From positions 39,730-103,729 of the forward strand of contig JABDFU010000001.1 of the NCBI GenBank assembly GCA_013286385.1: a stretch of DNA of 64,000 bases, in the 5' to 3' direction. This document shows positions 53,806 to 63,300 of the stretch, piece by piece. The notes beneath the pieces were generated by a model. The model was not told where the DNA came from, made no database searches, and saw only the letters and a list, made by a program, of their open reading frames with translations. The position numbers and the translations under genes were made by a program. This DNA comes from Bacteroidota bacterium (GTDB taxonomy: Bacteria; Bacteroidota; Bacteroidia; JABDFU01). Position 1 is the stretch's first letter, and the number at the start of each line of letters is the position of its first letter.

Positions 53806-55669
53806 ACACCGAATTGTTACTCTTGTATTCCGGTACGATCTGTTTCATTTTCGAGACGATAACCGTATTGTCCTGTTTGTCAAACAACAGCACCAGCTCT
53901 GCAATTTCGGCTGAAATGACAGCGTAGTCGTACTCCCTCACCCTGGCAATCATAATCTGCGAATGATGCGTAGGCGTCACGTTCTCATTGTTGTTCAACA
54001 ATTCTTCAAAAAGTTTTTCTCCCGGACGAAGCCCGGTATAAACGATGGCGATATCCTTATCCAGTGTCAATCCCGAAAGCTGTATCATTTTCCTGGCCAG
54101 GTCAACAATCTTAACCGGCTTTCCCATATCAAATATAAAAATCTCACCGCCCTTACCCATGGCTCCGGCCTCAAGCACCAGCTGACAGGCTTCGGGTATG
54201 GTCATAAAAAAACGGGTAATTTCTTTGTGCGTAACCGTAAGCGGTCCGCCATTTTCAATCTGTTGGTGAAAACGCCGAATTACCGATCCGCTCGAGCCCA
54301 AAACGTTTCCGAAACGCGTGGTTATAAATTTTGTGGCAGAAACCTTGTTCAGGGCCTGAACATAGATTTCGGCAATGCGCTTCGAAGCGCCCATGATGCT
54401 GGTGGGGTTCACTGCCTTGTCGGTAGAAACCAGAACGAACTCGTCCGCCCTATATGCGTTGGCCAGATCGGCTACAATACGCGTGCCCAAAACATTGGTA
54501 AGGATAGACTCCGATGGATTGTTTTCCATCATCGGCACATGCTTGTAGGCTGCTGCATGAAAAATCACCTGAGGCTTAAAGGTCTTAAACAGATTTTCCA
54601 TTCGTTCCTTCACTCTGACATCCCCGATAACGATTTCAAAGTCACCAGGTTTGAGTGTATCCAATACTTCCAATTCAAGTTCGTACAATGGAGTTTCAGC
54701 CTGGTCCAGCAAAACCAGCAACTTTGGTTTAAACCGAATCACCTGCCGGGCAATTTCACTTCCAATGGATCCTGCTGCCCCGGTAATTAAAACGACCTTG
54801 CCAAACAACTGCTTCCGGATATTGGCCTCGTTCAGTAAAATAGGATCCCGTTCGAGTAACTCTTCAATTTTTACTTTTTTGATTTGTTTAAAACTCAGCT
54901 CTCCGTTGATCCAGTGAGAAACCGGTGGCACATTTAAAATCCGGGTGTTGTATTTCAGACACAATTCAACAATTTCCTGCTTGCGTGAAGGCTGAATCTG
55001 CTGAAGCGAAAGAATCACCTGGGCAATTACCCCGCTCTGTAAAAACGTCTCCAGTTTGTCCGCCGCATGAATCGTAACGCCTTCGAGCTTACGGTTCTTC
55101 TTCCTTAGATCGTCATCAATAAAAGCCACCACCTTGTATTTGCTGCCAGCGTCCCTGTCCAGTGTACGTTTGGTAATGATGCCCGATTCGCCTGCTCCGA
55201 AAATGATCACCTGACTTTTTCCCCTGCTCGGGTTTTTAATTTCAAAATAAAGTGCCTTGAACATTATCCTCAGGCTGATCATCAGAAAAGTGGTGGCTAG
55301 GTATTCGATAATAACAATAGAGAAGGGGATAGGGTAGGTGCGGTTGACGATGTGATACATAAACAGATTGAAGAGCACAAAAAACAGACTGCCCAGGCTA
55401 AGCACTATGAAAATACGCTGAGCATCCTTTGTTCCGGTATACTTTACAATACCCTTGAAGGTTTTCGAACTATAAAAACTCAATGCCCTCACTCCCAGAA
55501 TCACAGAAAAAACAATCGGGAAGGCCTTTATTTCAATCGGAGGAATCGAAAAATTAAACCTGAGCAGATAGGCAAGAACCAGTGAAAAAAAGCAAATCCC
55601 CAAATCGATGAAAAAAATCATCCAACGGGGAGTATTGCGCTCGAACAATATAGTAAACCGGCTCTGCAA
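53789..55669 (-). CDS. Membrane-anchored nucleotide-sugar 4,6-dehydratase/epimerase (CapD/WbpM/PglF family)
   Basis: Four N-terminal TM segments, 'VLITGAAGSIGSEIARQV' and 'VSTDKAVNPTSIMGASKRIAE'. Confidence 0.85.
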   Translation of the reverse strand: MQSRFTILFERNTPRWMIFFIDLGICFFSLVLAYLLRFNFSIPPIEIKAFPIVFSVILGVRALSFYSSKTFKGIVKYTGTKDAQRIFIVLSLGSLFFVLFNLFMYHIVNRTYPIPFSIVIIEYLATTFLMISLRIMFKALYFEIKNPSRGKSQVIIFGAGESGIITKRTLDRDAGSKYKVVAFIDDDLRKKNRKLEGVTIHAADKLETFLQSGVIAQVILSLQQIQPSRKQEIVELCLKYNTRILNVPPVSHWINGELSFKQIKKVKIEELLERDPILLNEANIRKQLFGKVVLITGAAGSIGSEIARQVIRFKPKLLVLLDQAETPLYELELEVLDTLKPGDFEIVIGDVRVKERMENLFKTFKPQVIFHAAAYKHVPMMENNPSESILTNVLGTRIVADLANAYRADEFVLVSTDKAVNPTSIMGASKRIAEIYVQALNKVSATKFITTRFGNVLGSSGSVIRRFHQQIENGGPLTVTHKEITRFFMTIPEACQLVLEAGAMGKGGEIFIFDMGKPVKIVDLARKMIQLSGLTLDKDIAIVYTGLRPGEKLFEELLNNNENVTPTHHSQIMIARVREYDYAVISAEIAELVLLFDKQDNTVIVSKMKQIVPEYKSNNSVYEKLD

Positions 55670-55799
55670 GGAGTTTTAAAGATAACATAAATACGGCTTT
55701 TGTATTTTAAATCCCTCAAGAATTTGCTCAGTTCAACTATTACCTCGAACTTTACCTGTCGCGGAATGGCTTAAATAGTATAACTTTTAAACTGATTTA

Positions 55800-56897
55800 A
55801 TGGAATCTACCTTAACCGAATTAAAGTCTACAGCCCTGCTCAGCAAACACATTGCTCTGGGAGCAAAAATGGTACCTTTTGCAGGCTACAACATGCCCGT
55901 TTCTTACGCGGGGCTTAACGAAGAGCATGCCTGTGTACGTAACAGCGTAGGGGTGTTCGATGTATCCCATATGGGTGAATTCATTTTGAAAGGAGAACAT
56001 GCCCTCGATCTGATTCAACGCGTCACTTCAAATGACGCGTCGGTGTTAACCGATGGAAAGGCCCAGTATTCCTGCCTTCCCAATGACAAAGGAGGAATCG
56101 TAGACGACCTGTTGGTTTACCGCATCGATGCAAAAACCTATATGCTGGTGGTCAATGCTTCCAATATTGACAAAGACTGGAACTGGATCCAGAAGTACAC
56201 TACCAAAGCTGTTGAAATGCACAATATTTCTGATAAAACCTCTTTATTGGCCATACAGGGTCCCAAAGCATTGGCCGCTTTGCAAAAACTCACGAACGTA
56301 AACTTAAGCGAAATTCCCTACTACAGCTTTGTGAAAGGAACCTTCAACGGAGTAGAGAATGTCATTATTTCCAATACCGGTTATACCGGAGCGGGAGGAT
56401 TCGAACTTTACTTTGAAAATCAATATGCTTCGAAAATATGGGATGCAATTTTCGAAGCAGGTGCGGAGTTCAACATCAAACCCATTGGCCTTGGAGCCCG
56501 TGACACACTTCGGCTTGAAAAAGGATTCTGCCTGTACGGAAACGACATTAACGACAGCACCTCTCCGCTGGAAGCCGGTTTAGGCTGGATCACCAAATTC
56601 ACAAAGGAATTTACCAATTCCAAAGCTCTGAAAGAACAAAAAGAAAAGGGTCTTGTGAAAAAACTGGTTGGTTTTGAAATGATCGACCGCGGAATACCCC
56701 GTCACGATTATGCCATTACTGATGCAACCGGTAATCAGATAGGCCTTGTTACATCCGGCACACAAAGCCCGACCCTTCAGAAAGCAATCGGTCTTGGCTA
56801 CGTTCCTGCTGCACTAAGCAAACCCGGATCCGAAATTTATATCCGCATCCGCGATAAGGCCATCAAAGCACAGGTTGTGAAGATTCCTTTTTTGTAA
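55800..56897 (+). CDS. gcvT: Glycine cleavage system aminomethyltransferase T
   Basis: '[13 protein letters not shown]', 'FDVSHMGEF', '[11 protein letters not shown]' and '[11 protein letters not shown]'. Length 365 aa. Confidence 0.9.
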   Translation: MESTLTELKSTALLSKHIALGAKMVPFAGYNMPVSYAGLNEEHACVRNSVGVFDVSHMGEFILKGEHALDLIQRVTSNDASVLTDGKAQYSCLPNDKGGIVDDLLVYRIDAKTYMLVVNASNIDKDWNWIQKYTTKAVEMHNISDKTSLLAIQGPKALAALQKLTNVNLSEIPYYSFVKGTFNGVENVIISNTGYTGAGGFELYFENQYASKIWDAIFEAGAEFNIKPIGLGARDTLRLEKGFCLYGNDINDSTSPLEAGLGWITKFTKEFTNSKALKEQKEKGLVKKLVGFEMIDRGIPRHDYAITDATGNQIGLVTSGTQSPTLQKAIGLGYVPAALSKPGSEIYIRIRDKAIKAQVVKIPFL

Positions 56898-56921
56898 AAA
56901 CCGGATTGGTTCAGTTAACCT

Positions 56922-58604
56922 TTATTGAATGTTAAACGGGCTGGGTTCTCTCCTGTAAAAAACAAAACCATTCTTACGGTAAAGTTCCTTTAGCAAGGGA
57001 TGCAGCTTTCGGATAGTCTCCGTCTCTGTAATTTTCGCTGAAAAATAAGCGGGTCTGTCAATAGGCCCGTCCAGAAGCCAATCCGGGAGGTAGCTTTTGT
57101 TGTTTTTGGTCGGACGTATTTCACCGTAAAAATACTGGGCATAGCTCTTAAAGGTTATGGTCTCCAGGTAACAATCTTTTCCTCTGAGTTCCTGGTAAAA
57201 TTCGATGGCTGCACCTTGTACGTACTGCTCTATTTTCGGAGCAATGACAAGCGAAGAAAGTTCAACCACGAAAAGGTTCGTTACAAACAAAATACCAACA
57301 GCAGTAAAAGTTCTTTTTTTATGTGCCATACCAAGGCAAACTATCAGCGCAACAAGGGATCCTGCTCCGATCAGGCCTTCCCAGCCCGACCAATGGACCT
57401 GTGCTTTGAGATTTTCAACCGCAAAAGCGTCGTCAATCAGATTGCTTGCCAATAGTCTGGATTTGAAGCGGTCCACAAGCGGAAGGCACAACAAGACCAG
57501 GCCAAACAGTCCGCCAATAATGCCAATCAGAATACTTATGCCCTTTTTCCAGGCTTGGGTTCCGTTGAGAATACCGTGCATGCAGCGTGCTGAAAAATAG
57601 GTAAGCGGAAAATAGCAAAGCGATGAATAATGTATGATCTTGGTATTTACGATTGAAAAAAGCAAAAGCACAACCCAAAACAAGATCAGCATCCAGCGCC
57701 TGAAATGTCTCTGAAACAGTGTATCTGCAGTGTTCTTTTTCATTCCCCAGATGGCAAATGCCGATGCCGGGAAACATCCGACCAGCAACACTATGAAATG
57801 GTAATAAAATGGCCCTCCGTGACCCGAATCCTGTGTTTGAAAAAGCCGAACCTGGTATTGAAAAAATTCAGTTATAACAGCAGAATTGCCCGATAGCCAC
57901 AGTATCAAAAACCAGATTCCTCCCAGAGACAATACCACGGCCCCGTATACAATAAGCTGTCCAAAACTGATCACATTCCTGAATCGTTTGATCAGCAGGT
58001 AAACCAGTACACAAAGACCCAGAATCAAAATGGCAACAGGTCCTTTTGTGAGTACGGCAAGTCCGATAAAAAAAGCTGATTTTATAAGCAGTATCAGCCT
58101 TTCTTTGGAAGATTCTGTGTTCGCCGACTCAGCCGGTGTGTTTGTGAACAACACAAACAAATAAATTCCGCAAAAAATAAACAGGTTAAACCAGGGATCT
58201 ATAATTCCCGATTTAAAATAAAACTGGGGCAGGGTAGAACCTGCATAGGAAAGCACCCAGAGCAGGCCCATTTTCTTGTCGTACAAGCGGTTGCCAATGT
58301 TAAATACCAGCAGTAAGGTACCAATGCCACAGAGCGCATCGGGCAAGCGGGCTGCAAATTCATTTACCCCAAAGAGCTCCATGCATCCCGCCGAGAGCCA
58401 GATAAACAAAGGAGGTTTTTCCCAGAACGGAAGAAAGTTAATTCGAACCGTGAAAAAATCATGCGTTACCAGCATCTCCCTGGCACACTCGGCAAAATTG
58501 ATCTCATCCCAATCGAACAGATGTACCCTACCCAAAAAAGGTATCAGCAGCAAGGCCGCCCCAAGGCCTATTGACAGGTTCAGTTTTAGGAGGCTGTTCT
58601 TCAT
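56922..58604 (-). CDS. Glycosyltransferase family 39 (ArnT/PMT-like lipid-linked sugar transferase)
   Basis: Polytopic, with first-loop 'WDEINFAECAREM' (DE-type motif). I prefer ATG 58604 (ATGA overlap with the PAP2 stop) to the track start at 58643. Confidence 0.7.
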   Translation of the reverse strand: MKNSLLKLNLSIGLGAALLLIPFLGRVHLFDWDEINFAECAREMLVTHDFFTVRINFLPFWEKPPLFIWLSAGCMELFGVNEFAARLPDALCGIGTLLLVFNIGNRLYDKKMGLLWVLSYAGSTLPQFYFKSGIIDPWFNLFIFCGIYLFVLFTNTPAESANTESSKERLILLIKSAFFIGLAVLTKGPVAILILGLCVLVYLLIKRFRNVISFGQLIVYGAVVLSLGGIWFLILWLSGNSAVITEFFQYQVRLFQTQDSGHGGPFYYHFIVLLVGCFPASAFAIWGMKKNTADTLFQRHFRRWMLILFWVVLLLFSIVNTKIIHYSSLCYFPLTYFSARCMHGILNGTQAWKKGISILIGIIGGLFGLVLLCLPLVDRFKSRLLASNLIDDAFAVENLKAQVHWSGWEGLIGAGSLVALIVCLGMAHKKRTFTAVGILFVTNLFVVELSSLVIAPKIEQYVQGAAIEFYQELRGKDCYLETITFKSYAQYFYGEIRPTKNNKSYLPDWLLDGPIDRPAYFSAKITETETIRKLHPLLKELYRKNGFVFYRREPSPFNIQ

Positions 58605-59242
58605 CGGGCAGTTCTGTTTGCTAACAGCGAAGAATCCATCCACGGTTTATTCACAACAGCTGTCATGAACCAGTAACAAGCCATTGCGCTGAATACCCCT
58701 ACAAGAGAACCCGCATAAATATCTTCGAAAAAATGCTGAGACAAATACACCCTTGAAAATCCCACCAGTAGTGTCAGGCAGAACAGCGCCGCTTTCATCC
58801 AATTCGTTCGGCAAAACAGGGCCAGGCAAAAGTAAACCGCAAAGGCAGTCGTGCTGTGACCCGAAGGAAAGCTGTAGTAATAATCCATATCAACTCCGGG
58901 AACCAAATGCAGAGACGTATTTCCCTCAAAAAATTTAACCGGTCTGAGCCGTCCCTCAAACACAAAATGTTTGAGGGTCTGGGTAATCCCCGAACTCAGG
59001 CCCCAGCTGAGCAGCACAATAAGCGAATACCGAAAGCGCACCAGCAGCAAAATCAGTCCAATCATCAGTGCAAACAATCCATCACCTAAAAAAGTAAGGT
59101 ATCCGAAAAATAGATCTCCCATGTGATTGTGAAACCGGTTGATCTGAAGGTGCAGATCCCCTTTCCCGTAAATGAGCAACAGGCCGCCCCCGAGAATCAG
59201 GAATAGGAAATAAGGGAATAAAAAATAACGGTTTTTTATCAC
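58601..59242 (-). CDS. PAP2-family lipid phosphatase
   Basis: 'SFPSGHSTTAF' (PSGH) and 'SRVYLSQHFFEDI' (SRx5Hx3D). GTG start. Confidence 0.8.
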   Translation of the reverse strand: MIKNRYFLFPYFLFLILGGGLLLIYGKGDLHLQINRFHNHMGDLFFGYLTFLGDGLFALMIGLILLLVRFRYSLIVLLSWGLSSGITQTLKHFVFEGRLRPVKFFEGNTSLHLVPGVDMDYYYSFPSGHSTTAFAVYFCLALFCRTNWMKAALFCLTLLVGFSRVYLSQHFFEDIYAGSLVGVFSAMACYWFMTAVVNKPWMDSSLLANRTAR

Positions 59243-60018
59243 TAAGTATGCGATCCGATCGTCTTCTTCAGCTTATCCACCTGGGCATCCCAAAGCAGTC
59301 TCGAACTAAGCTGTTCATCCTCACCGTCAGCAAAATCAACTACTATAAGAGAAACATCGCCGGTAAGGTCGTCCGTCTGAATTTTGAATTCAAAATAACT
59401 TCCGTCCGTCTTGTCCATCCATTGGTAGCGGATAAATTCCTCTTCCTTAAGCGCAAGCAGGCGGGCTTTTTGTTCAGAACCGTCCCAGTAAAAGGTGTAA
59501 ATTCCGTCCCGTATATTTACATTGTCCGAAAACCACTCCGATAAACCGCTGGGTGAGCTGATGAAATCATACAACAAGGCCTCTGAACAACGCATCACAT
59601 ACTCCAGTTCAAACCGTCCCTTCGGTTCTTTTTTTGTCGTATTGACAGGTTTTCCGTTTGAACTCGCCGGTTGAATAGGGTTGAAGGGTGTAAATACTTT
59701 TCTGATTTTCTTGACCTTCACCGAAGGCTGCCGTCCGGCCCTCTTCACTTTTGCCGGAGCTGCAGCCACTGCCACTTCAACTTCCCGTACAGCTGCCACA
59801 GGTTTTTTCACGTTCTTCACCTCTTTCATAACCGTCTTATCCATCTTCACCTCTTTCTTATCGACCTTCTCTGACTTCTTTTTCATCTTCACTGCTTTCT
59901 TATCCATCTTCACTGCTTTCTTTACGTTTTTTTCGGTCTTATTTATAACCTTTTTCTGGGGTTTGGCGGGTTTTGCCTTCTTTATACTCTTCACCGGTTT
60001 CTTTGCCTTCTTAGCCAT
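59242..60018 (-). CDS. Lys-rich (histone-H1-like) N-terminal tail fused to a START/SRPBCC-like domain
   Basis: ATG 60018 gives 'MAKKAKKPVKSIKKAKPAKPQKK...'. The C-terminal 'FELEYVMRCSEALLYDFISSPSGLSEWFSDNVNIRDGIYTFYWDGSEQKARLL' resembles Bacteroidota START-like proteins. The track's upstream extension to 60069 is not needed. Confidence 0.6.
   Translation of the reverse strand: MAKKAKKPVKSIKKAKPAKPQKKVINKTEKNVKKAVKMDKKAVKMKKKSEKVDKKEVKMDKTVMKEVKNVKKPVAAVREVEVAVAAAPAKVKRAGRQPSVKVKKIRKVFTPFNPIQPASSNGKPVNTTKKEPKGRFELEYVMRCSEALLYDFISSPSGLSEWFSDNVNIRDGIYTFYWDGSEQKARLLALKEEEFIRYQWMDKTDGSYFEFKIQTDDLTGDVSLIVVDFADGEDEQLSSRLLWDAQVDKLKKTIGSHT
59842..59925 (-). repeat. Four tandem 21-nt (heptad) coding repeats
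   Basis: Plus-strand CATCTTCACCTCTTTCTTATC (59842-62), a degenerate unit, then CATCTTCACTGCTTTCTTATC (59884-904) and CATCTTCACTGCTTTCTTTAC (59905-25). These encode KKAVKMD/KKAVKMK/KKSEKVD/KKEVKMD. Confidence 0.7.
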
Positions 60019-60090
60019 TTTACTAAAAATAAATTTACAAGGGGGCAATATATAAAAAAATACAATCAACAGTTATTTAATTTGTTTTTT

Positions 60091-60098
60091 TATATTTG
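60091..60098 (+). promoter_or_regulatory. Candidate -7 box TATATTTG upstream of the tRNA
   Basis: Perfect TAnnTTTG 12 nt upstream of the mature tRNA 5' end. No well-spaced -33 element. Confidence 0.4.
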
Positions 60099-60110
60099 TC
60101 GCCCATTAAA

Positions 60111-60184
60111 GGCGAGGTAGCTCAGTTGGTTAGAGCGCAGGATTCATAACCCTGAGGTGGGGAGTTCGACCCTCCCTCTCGCTA
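60111..60184 (+). tRNA. tRNA with CAT anticodon (Met; the Ile2/lysidine alternative is not excluded)
   Basis: Hand-folded 74-nt cloverleaf. Acceptor GGCGAGG/TCTCGCT, D arm GCTC-AGTTGGTTA-GAGC, anticodon arm CAGGA-TTCATAA-CCCTG (CAT at 60145-47), variable loop AGGTG, T arm GGGAG-TTCGACC-CTCCC, discriminator A. No encoded CCA. Confidence 0.85.
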
Positions 60185-60363
60185 CAAAGACGATTCCTTG
60201 CCATTTTCAGTGTAATGCGCGGGCAAAAGAGCCGTATTCTCACTTTTTTGACTTTAAGTGATTATTCCGAAATGTAACCATGTTGATATTTCTGCGTACA
60301 AAAGCGTCTGGAATATTTGGAATCCGAAGTTTAATTGGCTAAATTCAATTAAATTTCATTTCA

Positions 60364-63300
60364 ATGGATAGAAGCGTGCTACGTACTGCGGTTTTTTTTG
60401 TGTTGTTGATTTCTTGCGGTTTTCACGGGCTTTTGGCCCAGTCCCGACTTTCTGATTCTACCCGTTCAGGTTCATCCGACAAAGGGTATGTTCTTTCTCC
60501 GCAGGAGGAGCAGGATTTTATACGGGAAATGATGGAGCATCAGCGCATTTCCCAGGCTCAGGCAGAAGTACAGCTGAGCAAGTACAAAGCAATCCTGGCT
60601 TCTTCACCCAAACTTCCTCCGGTAAAAACAGAGGCTGTGCATAAAAATCCGGTTGTAAACGCCTCCTGCAGTAATCTGGATTTCAGTGCAGGGACAACTG
60701 CAAACTGGACCTGCACAGGAGACTATCAGGTTGTTTCAATTGGTACAGACAGTTTCGGAGGGTTTCCCAAAGCAGCTCCCGGAGGCTCTTATTCGTTGGA
60801 ACTTGGAAATCCGTATCCCCGTTTATCACCCTATCCTCCTGCCTTTGCCATTAACTCCTCTGCCCAGCAGACATTTACGGTGTCTGCTGCCGACCCTGTT
60901 ATTTTACTCCAATTTGCTTTTGTAATTCTTGAATTCGGTCACGCTCCGACGGATGCCGCCAGGGTAAAAATCGAAGTTCTTGACCAAAACAATAACATCA
61001 TTTTCTGCTCCCAGGATTCGGCATACGATGCTCCGGGAGGCCCTCCCGGGTTTCTTCCGTCAACTGTTCAGGGTCTTCAGAACGACCCCTTTCTTTCCCC
61101 GGGAACATATGTCAATCCGCTTTACCCTACTACCTATATGCCCTGGAAGACTGCCAATCTCGATTTATCCTCTTATATAGGTACATCGGTTACCCTTTTG
61201 GTAACCACTTCCTGGTGCAGGTTCAATTACGACTGGGCCTATTGTTATTTCAATGCCGTTTGCAGTCCTCCGAACAAAGTAGTTCAAAATGACACCTTGT
61301 GTAAGAGTAATCCGGTTCCGCTTTGCGCTCCCAGCGGTTTTGTAACCTATAACTGGGCGGGGCCGACAGTTAGCGGACAAACTACCCAATGTGTAAATAC
61401 CAGTATACCCGGAAGTTATTCGGTCACTTGTACAAATTTTGAAGGTTGCACATATACCTACGATTATCAATTGAATATTACGCTGGATAAAATTACTTCT
61501 GCTTTTTCAGATGCTTTGGGGGCGGTCTGTACGGGGAACTATAACTTTACAAATTCTTCGAGCGCAACGCCGGTTGGCATTACAAATTATCAATGGAGCT
61601 TTGGAGATGGAGCGACTTCAACCACCCCGAATCCAAGCCACAATTACCCTCCCGGAGCGAATACGTATGACGTCAAACTGGTGGTGACCTCTTCTGATGG
61701 CTGCAAGGACTCAATCACCAAACCTGTAACCACCGATGCTGCAATTACCCCCAGTATAACCCCAACTCCTGCCACCTGCGGGAACAGCAATGGGGCATTA
61801 AATGCTTCGGCGACCGGAGGAAACGGAGTGTACACGTATTCCTGGAATACGAACCAGACGGGGGCCCTCCAAACTGGTTTGCCGGCTGACAATTACACCC
61901 TTACCGTTACCGATGGAACCGGGTGTACGTCTTCAGCAGTAGGAATTGTAAACAGCTCGGGAAGCGCAGGGACAGCTGCTATTCAACCTCCGGTAAATAT
62001 TACCTGCGCCGGCTTGACCAATGGTTCAGCAACGGTGAATATTACCGGAGGCACGGGAACCTATACCTATGTCTGGAGTAACGGAGTGACAACCATGACA
62101 AGCCAATCCGTCAGCTCAAGCAATACGGCAACGGGATTGGCGGCTGGCACCTGGACCGTATCGGTAACTGATGCTTCAGGATGCAAAACCACTTCAAACG
62201 CCAGCATTACTGCCCCTGCTCCTATACTTGCAGTGCCTGGCAGCACGCCTGAAACCTGTGGTAACAATAACGGAAGTGTAAATGTTACGGCCAGTGGGGG
62301 AACAGGAACCTTAAATTACCTGTGGTCGGGCCTGCAAAATACCCAAACGGTTAACGGTTTGGGTGTGGGAACGTATTCGGTAACAGTAACCGATGCCAAT
62401 TCCTGCACTTCTTCTGTTGTTGCAGCAGTTACCGGTCCGACCAAATTAACCCTTTCTGCTACCGGATTAAGCGCCAAATGCAATGGCGCCTGTGATGGTC
62501 AGGCTGTTGTTATACCGGCAGGAGGAACATCTCCGGTTCTGGCGCTTTGGAGCAATGGAGGAACCAATCTGGCTATTAGCGGACTTTGTTCAGGCACTTT
62601 CAGCGTTACCCTTACAGATATAAACGGTTGTCAGAAGGATACGTCTTTCCTGGTTCCGCAACCGACAGCCCTTTCTGAAAATCTTTCAAGTACAGCAACC
62701 AATTGCAGTCAAAGCGTCGGAACGGCTACAGTGCTAAGCACCACCGGTGGCACAGGAACCTATACTTACAGTTGGAGTAATGGAGCGACTACCCGGACTG
62801 CAACCGGTTTGCCCGCAGGAGAAGCGGTAGTGACGATAACGGATGCCAATGGATGTAACAGCGAAGACTCGGTTTTGGTTATTAACAATATAGGGGTCGT
62901 GGCAAGCATTACAGGTACAACTCCGATTCTTTGTTTTGGAAATTGTACGGCAACTGCTACAGCACTCGCCACAGGAGGCCTGGGTCCTTATAATTATAAC
63001 TGGAGTGGTGGGGGAGGGACTTCAGCAGTCGCTTCTAATCTTTGCCAGGGTAATTATACTATTACAATCACGGATGCCAATAATTGCACTTCCATGGTCA
63101 GCACTGTAATCAGCCAGCCTTCAGCGGTAGCTCTTTCTCCATTTCTTCCTGCAACGATTTGTATTGGACAAAGTTCCCTGATAACGGCATCCGCCACCGG
63201 CGGAACCCCTGATTATACCTATACCTGGAATCCCGGAAACATAGTGGGTAATTCATTTACAGATACCTTAAAAACGACAGCTACATTCACCGCCGTCGCA

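Noticed and set aside
55670-55799. Possible glycine riboswitch upstream of gcvT
   Set aside because: The 130-nt leader is A/T-rich and lacks the conserved GGAGAG...CACCG...CTCTGGAGAG...ACCGAAGGGGCAA-type elements of glycine riboswitches. No convincing tandem aptamer can be drawn.
60111-60363. tRNA gene as an integration site of a mobile element
   Set aside because: There is no integrase, no direct repeat of the tRNA 3' end, and no phage or ICE genes in the flanks. The downstream gene is a chromosomal-type adhesin.
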